Below, piece after piece: positions 1-47,333 of a DNA stretch of 64,000 nt (its first letter is position 1; each line of letters starts with the position of its first letter). Under the pieces are notes generated by a model. It did no database searches, was not told where the DNA came from, and saw only the letters and a program-made list of their open reading frames with translations. A program made the translations under genes and the position numbers. Source of the stretch: Octopus sinensis (Eukaryota); NCBI RefSeq assembly GCF_006345805.1, contig NC_042998.1, forward strand, positions 169,446,001 through 169,510,000, written 5' to 3'.

Positions 1-9
1 ACATTTATT

Positions 10-157
10 TATTTATTTATTTCCTCCATGTTACTTGTACACATTGAAAAAATACACATACATTTATATATATATATATATATAAAACTGTTCGATGAAC
101 GGCAACGGGAAACTCAGAGTAACAGGTTTTGCTGAATTTTCTGCTGCTTTAAATAAA

Positions 158-219
<62 letters not shown>

Positions 220-367
220 TTTATTTAAAGCAGCAGAAAATTCAGCAAAACCTGTTACTCTGAGTTTCCCGTTGCCGTTCATCGAACAGTTTTATATATA
301 TATATATATATAAATGTATGTGTATTTTTTCAATGTGTACAAGTAACATGGAGGAAATAAATAAATA
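10..367. repeat. Perfect 358-bp palindrome centred on (TA)n
   Basis: Position p pairs with 377-p from 10 to 367; yields identical 72-aa ORFs on both strands (64..282 -, 95..313 +). Confidence 0.95.
88..125 (+). ncRNA. Degenerate minimal hammerhead motif (mirror copy at 252-289, minus strand)
   Basis: CUGU-UCGAUGA-ACG(GCAA)CGG-GAAA-CUC(A)GAG-U-A-ACAG; same family as 11798-11837, and the homology continues downstream (gctttaa..aataaag). Confidence 0.55.
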
Positions 368-1374
368 GTTACCAGGGTATCAAAAATTCACATAAGTACC
401 AAGGCTGTTACAGCCCACTTATAAAGGTAGAAATTCCAGGGTTTAGTGAAATGTTTTTGTACAACAGATAAATAAAGAAACAGAGTTAAATATAGGAGTT
501 ATTCAAATCTTTGAAGTTGCTGTGAAACTTTGCAAACATGTTAAAGTAACATCCAGTTTGTTACTAGGTTTATTGAAGTTTAATAAAAATCTATAATTGG
601 ATGGCTAGGGCCCCTAGAAGTGGTCCACATATATAACCAATATATTTCCCCTTAACAGCCAAGGGAAATAACCCATTTATTTTCCTTTGATCACTATAAA
701 CTCTACCAAGCCTGGTATTATGTAACATGCTTCATAATTTTGGTATACATACATACTTTATTGGTATTTCCTCCTAAGTTCTATACACTCTGGAAACGTA
801 TTAAAGCCCTTTTGGGGGCTACTTTATTTGAATTCTTACTATCGGGGTAACCAATTTCATGTTACTACGTAACTGACTTCATGATTTGGGTATTCATAAC
901 TTATTAGGATTTCCTAAAACCAAGATCCTGTGTAAGACAGTTCAGTATTTTCTGTAAATGTACAAAAACCATTTTAAGGGCTACATACTTATATTTATTG
1001 CTATTGGATTAGTGAACAATTATGAGAACGGAACCAAGGAATAAGCCCCATTTTCCAGGAATTAAAGGGTGTGCCAGCTAGTATACTTATAAAATTATAT
1101 ATTATATATATATATATTCTATTAATTTTTAATTTTAATTGGTTATTACATGCTGACTACCTGATAAAATCAAATATAGATTTTATCTTTACTCTTAATA
1201 TATATATATATATATATAAATATAAGAAATTAATGTAAACAGCAAGTTACAATGTTTCACCAAAAAGGAGAATTATATTAAATGTCACTAAATGTGACTA
1301 GGGTGTTAAAAACACCTACATTGTTAGAAATAACAGCTAAATTGGTCTATTGCTATACACACACATATATATAT

Positions 1375-1407
<33 letters not shown>

Positions 1408-2131
1408 ATATATATATATATATTAAGGTATGTAGAAAAATACAACATGGACAAGAACGTATAACTCTTAGAAGACGATACAATAAACACGGACAGGACA
1501 TTCGAAACCCTCAGTCTTCAGTCAAGAACCGGATCATCGTAGTAATTTCGGCTGATTAATCTTGAGATTACTAGATCACGGCCAGCCCTCCAAGAAAAAC
1601 TAGGCAACGAGCATTAGAAAAACTAAGCTGGGAGCGTAGATTTCCTGGAAGAAGGATCGAATGCATACGGACACCAGGACAGCAAAAGGGACGAATATAA
1701 AAAAACAAAAAAATAATGGAATACAGAAACATGAAATACAGAAGCATTAACGGTGAAAACAACAACAAGTGTCTTACGACTGATAACAAGCAAACAAATT
1801 TTTTTTCCTCTGGCGCAAGGAAAGGAGCCTTATTGGCGATGCCTATAGCGGCGGACGAAAAACAACGATGTTAACACGACGCTGGTCAGAAGCTGAAAGG
1901 CAGATTTCGGCCAGCAGTCACGTGACAGAGGAGAGAGAAAAGAAAAGAAAGAGAAGATAACAAGCATATATATATATATATATATTCAATTAGTCTCATT
2001 AAGGGATAGTATCATCCAATGAATTACTGGTTTAATACCTAATATTTTTTTGTGAATAATAATATTCATAAAACAATAGGTTTATATATAAATCATGGTT
2101 TATAATCATTCAAAAGAAAGTAAGAAAAAGG

Positions 2132-2280
2132 GAGATATAACATTTAATAAAAATTTATTACCTTAAAAAATCAAACATGCTCCCTTACAGCGGTTTCAAT
2201 TAAGCCGAATTGAAACAGCTGTAAGGGAGCATGTTTGGGATTTTGCAGATAATAAATTTTTGTTAAATGTTATATTCTCT
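2132..2280. repeat. Imperfect fold-back (~150 bp) centred at 2202-2207
   Basis: aaacatgctcccttacagc..gtttcaatt/aagccg/aattgaaacagctgtaagggagcatgttt; the arms extend through atataacatttaa.aaaaatttatta. Confidence 0.85.
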
Positions 2281-2690
2281 TTTACTCTTTACTCTTTTAC
2301 TTGTTTCAGTCATTTGACTGCGGTCATGCTGGAGCACCGCCTTTAGTCGAGCGAATCGACCCCGGGACTTATTCTTTGTAAGCCCAGTACTTATTCTATC
2401 GGTCTCTTTTGCCGAACTGCTAAGTGACGGGGACGTAAACACACCAGCATTGGTTGTCAAGCAATGCTAGGGGGACAAACACAGACACACAAACACACAC
2501 ACATATATATATATATACATATATACGACAGGCTTCTTTCAGTTTCTGTCTACCAAATCCACTCACAAGGCATTGGTCGGCCCGGGGCTATAGCAGAAGA
2601 CACTTGCCCAAGATGCCACGCAGTGGGACTGAATCCGGAACCATGTGGTTCGTAAGCAAGCTACTTACCACACAGCCACTCCTGCACCTC
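2281..2690 (-). mobile_element. tRNA-derived SINE with internal (CA)/(TA) tract
   Basis: Minus-strand head agtggctgtgtggtaagtagcttgc..ggttccggattcagtccc (A/B-box like); family recurs at about 21845-22245, 25070-25420, 30450-30690, 31465-31620, 33425-33590, 40655-41010 and 57495-57640. Confidence 0.8.
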
Positions 2691-3165
2691 CACACAGCCA
2701 CTCATTTTCTTACTTTCTTTTAAATATATATATATACACACATGCATAGATTTATTGCTGAGGGATTATCAGTCCAGGCAAAATACTTCATAAGCTCTCT
2801 CTTAGCACACCAGGCTAACAATATTATTTAGATTAGTAAAGATCTCCAAACATTCTATGGCAGGGTCCGAGGTTATAGTTCAACACCTTTCTATATTGTA
2901 AATCTGTGGTAGTGTTCCAGTCAAACTGGTTTTTACACAGAGAGATATATACAAGAAATGGCTCTAACAAAAGTAGCATTAATTTTCTAGGTCATTCAAC
3001 TTTTCTCACTGATCAATATACGAATTGAAAAACCTATCAGTAACAAATCTATAATGTCTACTGGAAACAGCTGTATGTTAAACTTACTCCAATAAAGGAA
3101 AAATATTTGATGACCATTATCTATACTTTACTTTATACACATGTAAATATATACATTACACACAT

Positions 3166-3211
<46 letters not shown>

Positions 3212-3453
3212 GCTGGACCACTGAAATCTACAAGTGTTTTTTCATTCTCTCTGTTTATTTACTCTTATTCCTTTCTTGAAACGTAAAAGACTTTTCCATT
3301 TTCCCAAGATACCCTTGCTTGTTGTTCATACACCTGTCTTTGTCTTTTGTTTTTCTATAAATTTCAACTATATATATATGTGTGAGTGTGTGTGTGTATG
3401 TATACATGTTTACATATATAAGTATATATATATAATTATATATACATATATAT

Positions 3454-3488
<35 letters not shown>

Positions 3489-3748
3489 CATACATACATA
3501 CATACATATATATGGTGAAGCAAATTTTTGCTGAACCCTAATTATAATTATACTCATAATTATAAAAGTTTTTGTTTAAGTTTAGCGATAATGGTTCTTT
3601 TAACATACCGAACTACTTGGTAAAATTATTAATTAATTTTACCCTTTATTGTTTTATATATATATATAGCTTAGATAACTTAGATTGGTTTTGGCCATTA
3701 TCGGCCCAGGCCATGACTAACTCAGTAGCACCTGGAAAAGTCTTTTAG

Positions 3749-6215
3749 TTAATTATTTCGGAACACCATGAACCACACAAGCAGAGAGTTGTTGTTAGTT
3801 GAGATGTATCCAGATGTAGGTGGTTTATCCAGTTTTTCCTGGAGGAATTTGTCCAGGTACCATTTGAAAGTTGTGAGGTCTTTTTCTACTTTAATTTCTT
3901 TCGGGGTAACATTGAAAAGTATAGTACCATTGGCAGTGAAGAACTTGTATCGCAATGTTCTTATGTGATGTGATCTCGATGTTTGTAGGGGACGCATTGC
4001 ACAGGGACCTAGTCTTGGGTGAATTGTAAACATAATACCAATATTATTTGGATAATATTGGTGAAATATTTTCCACGTGGTGCAAATAATGATTTCCTCA
4101 TGGCAGCATTGTAGAGAATAGAGCTTCAGCTGTTTAAGTCAAGCCCAATAATCAAGACCCATCATGCCATTTATTTTCTTTTTGTAATTGATCTTCATTA
4201 TGTCTTGTTTTTTGTAGAGAGACCACAAAGGGCAGCAGTATTCAAGGTGGGGCCTAGCGAATGTGGAGAAGAGAAGGATGATGGTTTCATGATCCCTAGA
4301 TTGGAAAGTTCTGAGGATCCATGAGCACATTCTGCAGGCAGTATCAACTTTTTTGTTGATGTGCACACTCCAGCTAAGGTTGCTGTCGACAGTTACACCT
4401 AAATCTCTTATATTATCCGACGGTTCAAGTAGGTCTCCCAATGGTAGTGTATATGGTTGTTTGAGTGTGTCCTCTCTTCCAAAGTGGATGAGCTCAAATT
4501 TTTCTTTGTTCAACTGCATATTGTTTTTTTGTGCCCACTGGGTTACTGCACATAAGTCCAATTGAAGCATTGTTTGATCATATGCTCCCTTAATGACTTT
4601 CTGGAGCTTAGTGTCATCTGTAAATATCTTTATGGTGCTATGTTCAATAGAATCTGCAAATTCATTGATACAGACAATAAAAAGAAGTGGACCCAGCACA
4701 GTACCCTGAGAGACTTCACTGATGACTTTTGCTGGTCTTGAGTGGATCCCATCAATCACAACATGCTGGGTTCTGTTTGTTAGGAAATACCTAATCCATT
4801 GAAGTAACTTTCCACCAACTCAAGCATTGGATAGTATCTTTACCAGTATATTGTGGTCAGCTCTGTCAAAGGCCTTGCTGAAATCATACCCATGTTGGAG
4901 CTCTCACTCAGTGCATTTAAGATGTCATGAAAGTAGTGGAGCTGTTAGACAGTCCCTTCCACCACGAAAGCCATGCTGGTTGTAATTTAGGAGATGATTT
5001 TGTTCAAGGAAGGCTGTTATTCTTTATCTCAACACTCTCTCAAATATTTTGATGATATGTGAGGTGAGTGAGACTGGACGGTAGTTCACAGGGAGTGATT
5101 CATTCCCCTTTTAAAGAGGAGCTGCAAGTTGCTGTCTGCATTCCTTCAGCACTCTAGCAGGGAACCTGTCTAGACTCACTGCTGAATCAGGTTTGATTTC
5201 TTTTATTGCTGCTAGGATATCAGTGGCATCAAAGATTATGTCAGAAAGGACATGTTGAGGATTCAAAGAAGCAAAGCTGCTTGAGTCAACTGAATCAAGG
5301 TCACTGAAGACAGAGCAGTATTGATTTTGCAGGATCTCAGCCGTGTCTTTGGCATCACTGTGAAGGATGCCATTTCCATCAACCAGTGGGCTGATAGAGG
5401 AAACTGTGGTCCTATGTGTTTTTGAGTAAAAGACCTTAGGATTATTCTTGATGTTTTTAATATCCCAGGCTTCCTCTGCAGCTCTTTGGTTGTTTATGAG
5501 AGTTCTTATACAGTCCTGCAGTTGTTGCTTCCTTGATTCCAAGATTGTTAATGTTCTTGATTGGAGGTGATGCTGATGGTGGTATTTTAGAGTATTAAGG
5601 TGGCAAGCTGGCAGAAACGTTAGCACAGCGGGCAAAATGCATAGCTGTATTTCGTCTGCCATTACGTTCTGAGTTCAAATTCCGCCAAGGTCAACTTTGC
5701 CTTTCATCCTTTCGGGGTCGATAAATTAAGTACCAGTTACGCACTGGGGTCGATATAATCTACTTAATCCATTTGTCTGCCTTTGTTTGTCCTGTATGTG
5801 TTTAGCCCCTTGTGGGTAGTAAAGAAATAGGTACTTTAGAGTATTGATTTTTCAGTTTATTCTTTTTATTCTCCTGGTGAGCACTTTTCTCTGTTTTGGA
5901 ATCCTGCACCTACTGTTGTTTATGAGTTGTGAGGGTGTGTGTTTTGAGCATATGTGGGTGACTGTGTCCTCAAATAATTGCCATGCGTTTGTGTTTGCTG
6001 TGGTATTGGAGGAAGCAAGGGTGAAGGACCAATCCACTTGTGACAAGTCTTGAGTGATCACACTCCAGTTTGACTTGTGTAAATTCATGTTATCAAATGG
6101 GTGTACTGGAGTTAGTGATTTATGCTAAATTTTTGGATGTTGAAGATTGAGGTTACAGAGTAACTATGTCATGATCGGAGAGGAGGGTTCTTTCCACTGT
6201 GATGTTATGAATAGT
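3749..6215 (-). mobile_element. Degenerate CR1/L2-type non-LTR retrotransposon ORF2 (RT and 3' end), interrupted by a SINE; ends approximate
   Basis: ORFs 4139-4759 (SQGTVLGPLLF..FTDDTKL..RDLGVTVDSNLSW..RPHLEYC), 5111-5662 (KNNPKVFY), 5852-6088 and 3749-4033; frameshifts and stops. Confidence 0.9.
5597..5834 (+). mobile_element. SINE (ggtggcaagctggcagaaacgttagc family) inserted into the LINE with an 11-bp TSD
   Basis: TTTAGAGTATT at 5586-5596 and 5835-5845; same family recurs at about 7681-7895(-), 18149-18330(+), 29313-29530(+), 38050-38280(-), 41443-41655(+) and 44586-44800(+). Confidence 0.88.
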
Positions 6216-6530
6216 GTTAGCATGGTTGCTTAGCACTAGGTCCAAAACATTTTGGTTATTTCTGGTTGGTTCATGGACAAGTTGTGACAGGAAAAAATTA
6301 ACCATAAATTTAAAAAGTAACTCCACTGCTGCTTTGTCTAAGCTTGAGGTGAAGGTTCCTGGTCTAACAATATTAGTGGACCAGTCTACAGAGGGTAGGT
6401 TGACTTCTTCAATAAAGAGTTACTTAGTAACTCTTTGTTGAAAAAGTCGAAAGACAGAAACCAGTACTAACCATATTTTCCTTATACATATCAACTCATG
6501 TGTCGCTTTCCAACATTCTACATATATATA

Positions 6531-6910
6531 TCATCATCATCATCATTTAGTGTCCGTTTTCCATGCTGGCATGGGTTGGATGGTTTGACTGAAAACTGGT
6601 AAGGTGGGGAGCTGCACCAGGATTCTAATCTAATTTGGCATGGTTTCTACAGCTGGATGCCCTTCCTAGTGCCAACCATTCCAAGAGTGTAGTGGGTACT
6701 TTTCATGTTCCACCAGCATGAGTGCCAGTTGCAAACCACCAGCATTGGCAACAACTACAATCTCACTTGGCTTGACAGGTCTTCTCAAGCACAGCATATC
6801 ACCCAATGAGCAAAGGGTGCTTTTTACATGCCACCAGCACAAGTGTCAGTTACGTGACACTGGCATTAGCCACAACTGTGATTTCACTTGGCTTGATGGG
6901 TCTTCTCAAG
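6531..6910 (-). mobile_element. SINE-like repeat with (TGA)n tail (catcatcat-ttaacgtccg family)
   Basis: Recurring core ctacagctggatgcccttcctaacgccaacca; other copies at about 16296-16480, 30190-30380, 32870-33170, 38420-38900 and 44150-44490. Confidence 0.75.
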
Positions 6911-6919
6911 ATATATATG

Positions 6920-7015
6920 GATGCTGTCATGCAGCAAGTGTTTAGTTTAGTAAATGAACTTCTTAACAATGACCCAGATGCTCGCAAAAGGCAGTTAAAG
7001 ATCCGTACTTACAAG
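6920..7015 (+). pseudogene. ATM: Orphan, 5'-truncated exon fragment of an ATM (PIKK) kinase domain
   Basis: Translates [32 protein letters not shown], 19/32 identical to recalled human ATM [32 protein letters not shown]; followed by donor GTAAG at 7016; no other ATM exon found in the window. Confidence 0.85.
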
Positions 7016-7114
7016 GTAAGATTTTATCAGCTTGATCACAGTCAGGAAGTAAAACTTCAAGTGAACTCTAACTGCCCAATAGTAATATCTTCACTGTACA
7101 TATAATTTATCAAT

Positions 7115-7430
7115 TCCTGGCACGTAAAAAGCACCATCCGTTCGTGGCCGTTGCCAGCCTGGCCTGGCCCCCGTGCCAGTGGCACATAAAAAGCACCATC
7201 CGTCCATGGCCGTTTGCCAGCTCCATCTGGCTCCTATGCGGGTGGCACGTAAAAAGCACCCACTACACTCATGGAGTGGTTGGCGTTAGGAAGGGCATCC
7301 AGCTGTAGAAACACTGCCAGATCAGACTGGGCCTGATGCAGCCTTCTGGCTTCACAGACCCCAGTTGAACCGTACAACCCATGCTAGCATGGAAAGCGAA
7401 CGCTAAATGATGATGATGATGATGATGATA
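7115..7430 (+). mobile_element. Same SINE family in the opposite orientation, with three ggcacgtaaaaagcacc modules
   Basis: Ends aacgctaaatgatgatgatgat; reverse complement of the 6531-6910 core. Confidence 0.75.
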
Positions 7431-9776
7431 TAAATGTGTATACATATATATGTCCATACTGGTGTGTGTGTGTGGAGGGTGTATGTATGTATATTTGGAT
7501 ATGAATATTTCTATGCATACACCAAGTGAACAAACATTTGTATGCATAGAGAGGTAAAGGCGAAAAAATCTCTTCATGTATAAGAATCTAATGACTGTTA
7601 AAAGGCTTTCTTCAGTACTAAGATAAATGAAATTAAGTTTTACAAGTGAACACTACGCTAAATCCTCCCTTATCGTAATATGGGTTTCAAACTTTGGCAC
7701 AAGGCCAGCAAGTTTGAGAGAGGGAAGAAGTCAATTATATTAACCCTGGTGTTCAACTGGTACTTATTTTATCAACTCCAAGAGGATGAAAGGCAAAATC
7801 AACCTCAGCAGAATTTGAACTCAGAATGTAAAGGCGGATGAAATACTGCTAACATTTTGCCCAGCATGCTAATGATTCTGCCAGCTCACTGCCTTCTTCC
7901 TTCCCATAATATCAGTCCTCTGGAATTCCTTTCTTGCCCACATTTTCCTTTCAGTTTTTGATTCACAGATGCTTAAGGCGAACTTCATCTTCATCAACCT
8001 CATCAGTTTTGAAGGGCCTGCAAAAGTCCAAGGCACAGCCCCTTCTATCTTAAACTCTTCAAAAATAAATAAATAAATAAATGAATGTAAAGTTTAGAGG
8101 CCTACAAATCTTTTGACAGTTGCACTATTCCAATATGTATTACTGTCTTATAATGTGGACGCCGAAAAGGTGGTTTCATTTACAAAGAGGAAAAACGAGA
8201 GAAATATAATAATTTCACATTTGCATGTCTGAAATATACTACCCTTGCTGTATAATTTCAAAGAAACCATTCACAATTTCGGTGATATAAAGGAAGTCCC
8301 GGTTGTGTGTGGGTCATTGAATGGTCATAAGTCATCAAAGAAACAAGAAAGATTCTGGCTTTTACTTTCTCATTTCTCAAGTTTCAAACCCTAAGTTGGG
8401 TGTATGCTTCTAATTGAGCCAGGATTAGATGAGAAACAGCATCATCTACTAAACAATCCCATTTTGTAGACGGGAGTAGATCTTGGCTTTAAAGCATAAC
8501 CACATTCTATCAAATTTTCTATGTATATTAATCACATCTAAATATTGTCAACTGAGCTGAAGAGCTCTAATAAGATCAAAACATGTCTGTTGCTTTCAAC
8601 AGTTGACTTTAAAGAGAAGATCCATTCCCATCTGTATGATATTTATTTTCTGAAAATCTGCTTGGCTAATATTATAAGAATCATACTTCGTTTTGTTTTT
8701 TTATATTTGAAGCGTTTTATTCACTGTAGAGATAATTAGTTGACCCTTCCGTATTCAGATTACCCTGTCGAATGTAATGCCTGTTTACTCACATTATTTT
8801 AATTAATCATGCCTATTCCCTTAGCTTGGAGATTTCGATGATGTTATTGTATATTATTTATATTATTTACAATTGACGGATATTTGTCCTCATCCTGTAA
8901 ATAATGTACATAATTCCACATCTCTTAAATATAGAACTATGTTATTGTATATTTTTAGAATGACATTGTAGGTTAAGTGTGAAAGGCAAGATCTGATTAG
9001 TTTGAACATAAAACAGGTACAATATTTGGGCCAGACATGGCCTGTTTGAAAAATTTTTTCAACTCACTATATTACTTATTAAGCTTGAATGTCTTAACTG
9101 CACTCTGGAATGCTAAATCTTATTTTAGATATAGTGGGGTAATTCAGTTTCAAGCGATAACTTTTATCGTCTGTTCTTTTTATTTATTTGAAATTTTTAC
9201 TCGAATCAACCTAACAGCGACACATTTTTTTCATAGTCTGTCGTTTTAAAAGCGTTTGTTTCAAAAGATCTATGTGGAAATGCTCGTTAAAGTAAAATAT
9301 GTCAACAAAAGAGATATATGTAATGGTACCGCACAATAATTTCCATTTTACGAAAGTACGGCTATGGATAAATATATATAAAAATATATATATATGTGCA
9401 CATATATAAAGACACGAGTTAAGAACTTTAGAACCCTGTTCACAATAAAGCTTCATGTTTACATTTCAAAGTGAATAAGCAGTGCATGTATAGGAAGTCT
9501 TATAACAAATGGAACAGTTTATAATATTGTGTACAGCACACGTATAAAAAAAAAAGGAGGAGGGCATTACTACAGAAAAAGGACCATATTGTCAAAAGTG
9601 ACGTAGACTTTAATTCCAAGTTATCTCCCTTGAAGAACATTAATTTTTGTCCTGCCTTCATCTATTTTTGCACGTCTACATAATATATATCACAACTGCT
9701 ACAATCTCTTTCATTTTTACCTCACACTCACTCATGTGCGGCTATCTACTATATATATAAATATATATATATAAAA

Positions 9777-45069
<35,293 letters not shown>

Positions 45070-45172
45070 ATATATGTATGGTTAAATATATATATATATA
45101 TATATATACATACACACACACACACACACACCTATACAAATATGTGTGTATGTGCCATCCCCCCTCTCTGTC

Positions 45173-45257
<85 letters not shown>

Positions 45258-45789
45258 CATATTTAACAGAAAGTAAATGAGAACAAATTAGTCACTATTT
45301 TCTTACTAACATTCACCAGAAGAATTATGATATATGATTTGAAACTTATCAGCTAAAATTCAATAATTTATAAATATTGCCTGGCTGTAAGTAGCTGCTA
45401 AATTTTTGCAAATCATTACTTTATCTCAACTGGAAAGTTTGTGTGGTGCACTGTTAGCTATATGCGATCTTCCCATATTGTTGAAAATTGAAGCTTATTT
45501 GTAATATTAATATCAGTATTGTTTTACTTACTCCTAAGATAAAGGGAAGTCAGAAAAGACCCTTTAAAACATGTATGCTGCTGTATAACACACTTCTTTA
45601 AAATGAAAATATGTGCAAAAACACATTTACTTCAAATATTTATTTGCAAAGTACAATTTATTCATTTAGAAATTGCACTTGGTACTGCTGGCAAGTATAA
45701 TATTTTTAAAAGACAATCAAAATAAAAGTCCAATATTTCAGGCTTCCGAGAACAAATACTCGAACCCTTTTGTGATAAGTCTTGTTATA

Positions 45790-46345
45790 AATTATAATAT
45801 TGTTATACATTACAATATTGCTATATGTTACATTATTGCTATATGTTACAATATTGTTATCTACTACAATGTTACTATATGGTACAATATTGTTATGCTA
45901 CAATATTATACATTACAACATTGTTATTACTCTTGCAATATTGTTATACATTACAATATTGTTATTCATTACAATATTGTTATGTTACAATATTATATAT
46001 TGTAATTACAATATATATATGCTGTTGTGTCTGGGGAGAGTCACTTTCATTTTGTGCCTTATAATTTAACACACTCACCGGTAAAATTTCCTCTTATTTG
46101 TTACTTTTATTTTCCTAGAACTTTCATTGCATCTTGCTATCTTTTCAATAGTCTTGACTATTGGAAAAGGTTGCAAGATGCAACGAAAATTTTAGGAAAA
46201 TAAAAATAAGAAAAAAGTGGAAATTTTACTGGTGAGTGTGTTGAATTATAAGGCACAGAAAGAAAATGACTCTCCCCAGACACAACAGAATATGCTTCAA
46301 CACACGAACTCATATAAAGAATCTTGCAAACCAAATCCAAAAACG

Positions 46346-46377
<32 letters not shown>

Positions 46378-46510
46378 GTTATTATTACTGTTACAATATT
46401 GTTATACATTGCAATATCGTTATTACAATATTATTAAATGCAACAATATTATATATTATAATTACAATATGATATATATATATATATATATATTACAATA
46501 TTGTTATAAT
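45790..46510. repeat. Degenerate ~17-nt minisatellite (tacattacaatattgtta), split by the 46022-46370 insertion
   Basis: Repeated palindromic core ACAATATTGT at ~45790-46020 and ~46370-46510. Confidence 0.8.
46022..46288. repeat. Imperfect 267-bp fold-back with a 2-nt loop (46154-46155)
   Basis: ctgttgtgtctggggagagtca...caatagtc TT gactattg...tgactctccccagacacaacag. Confidence 0.92.
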
Positions 46511-47258
46511 TCCTAGATTGACCAGGTAGAGACCAATTGCCTGGTGAATTATGTCTCTGTGGCTTGTTTAGCTTATTACTGGACAAAATGGCATTACAAC
46601 TTTTTCAGTTTCAAAGAAAATGGGGTTTTTGCTGCAGACCAGACATGACCAATATATGAATAATGGACAGCCATAAAGCTGATTATGCTACAAAGTTGGT
46701 GAGATGTCTGAGAACAAGATTAGGCTAATACCCAAATGTAGGTATCCTAATGTGAATATTATCAATTGATAGTAAGTATCCAACTGATTTGACAAAATAT
46801 GTTGAAATATACAGGTTGAAAGAAACCAAGAAAATAAAATTCAGTAAGTCATTAATGATTCAGTATTTAAAGATAATTTTCTTTAAATGTTATATGAGAA
46901 AAATATTCTCTATTAAGAATAAGTACACGTGATTCAGATTATAACTGGATACAAAAATGAAATATTTAAATTGTAAAATATAATTAATTAAATATGTTCA
47001 GAAAATTCTTTGAATTAAAAATATTTATTCTTTTTAGAGTGATGTTAAGTTCCATAGTTGTCTAAGTGGTTTTAATATATTTCTGCCAAATATGGTATAA
47101 TTATGTTTTTATAACAGTTGAAATACAACAGAATTTATAGAAGCCAGTTCTGCAACTATTCAAACCACTAGGTATGTCTAGAAGTATTTATGATGACAGA
47201 AAGATCCAAATGATTAATGCCACTAGCTGTTAATCATTTGAGCTTTCATTTAATTTCA

Positions 47259-47332
<74 letters not shown>

Positions 47333-47333
<1 letters not shown>

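Noticed and set aside
64-313. Identical 72-aa ORFs on both strands
   Set aside because: A by-product of the perfect palindrome and the (TA)n tract; not a gene
1495-1530. Minus-strand CTGAAGA cores here and at ~35655-35668
   Set aside because: No convincing helix I/II pairing or intact GAAA; at most decayed Penelope relics
2620-2690. tRNA-like A/B-box heads here and in other repeats
   Set aside because: They are SINE 5' ends attached to repeat bodies and lack a complete cloverleaf; not tRNA genes
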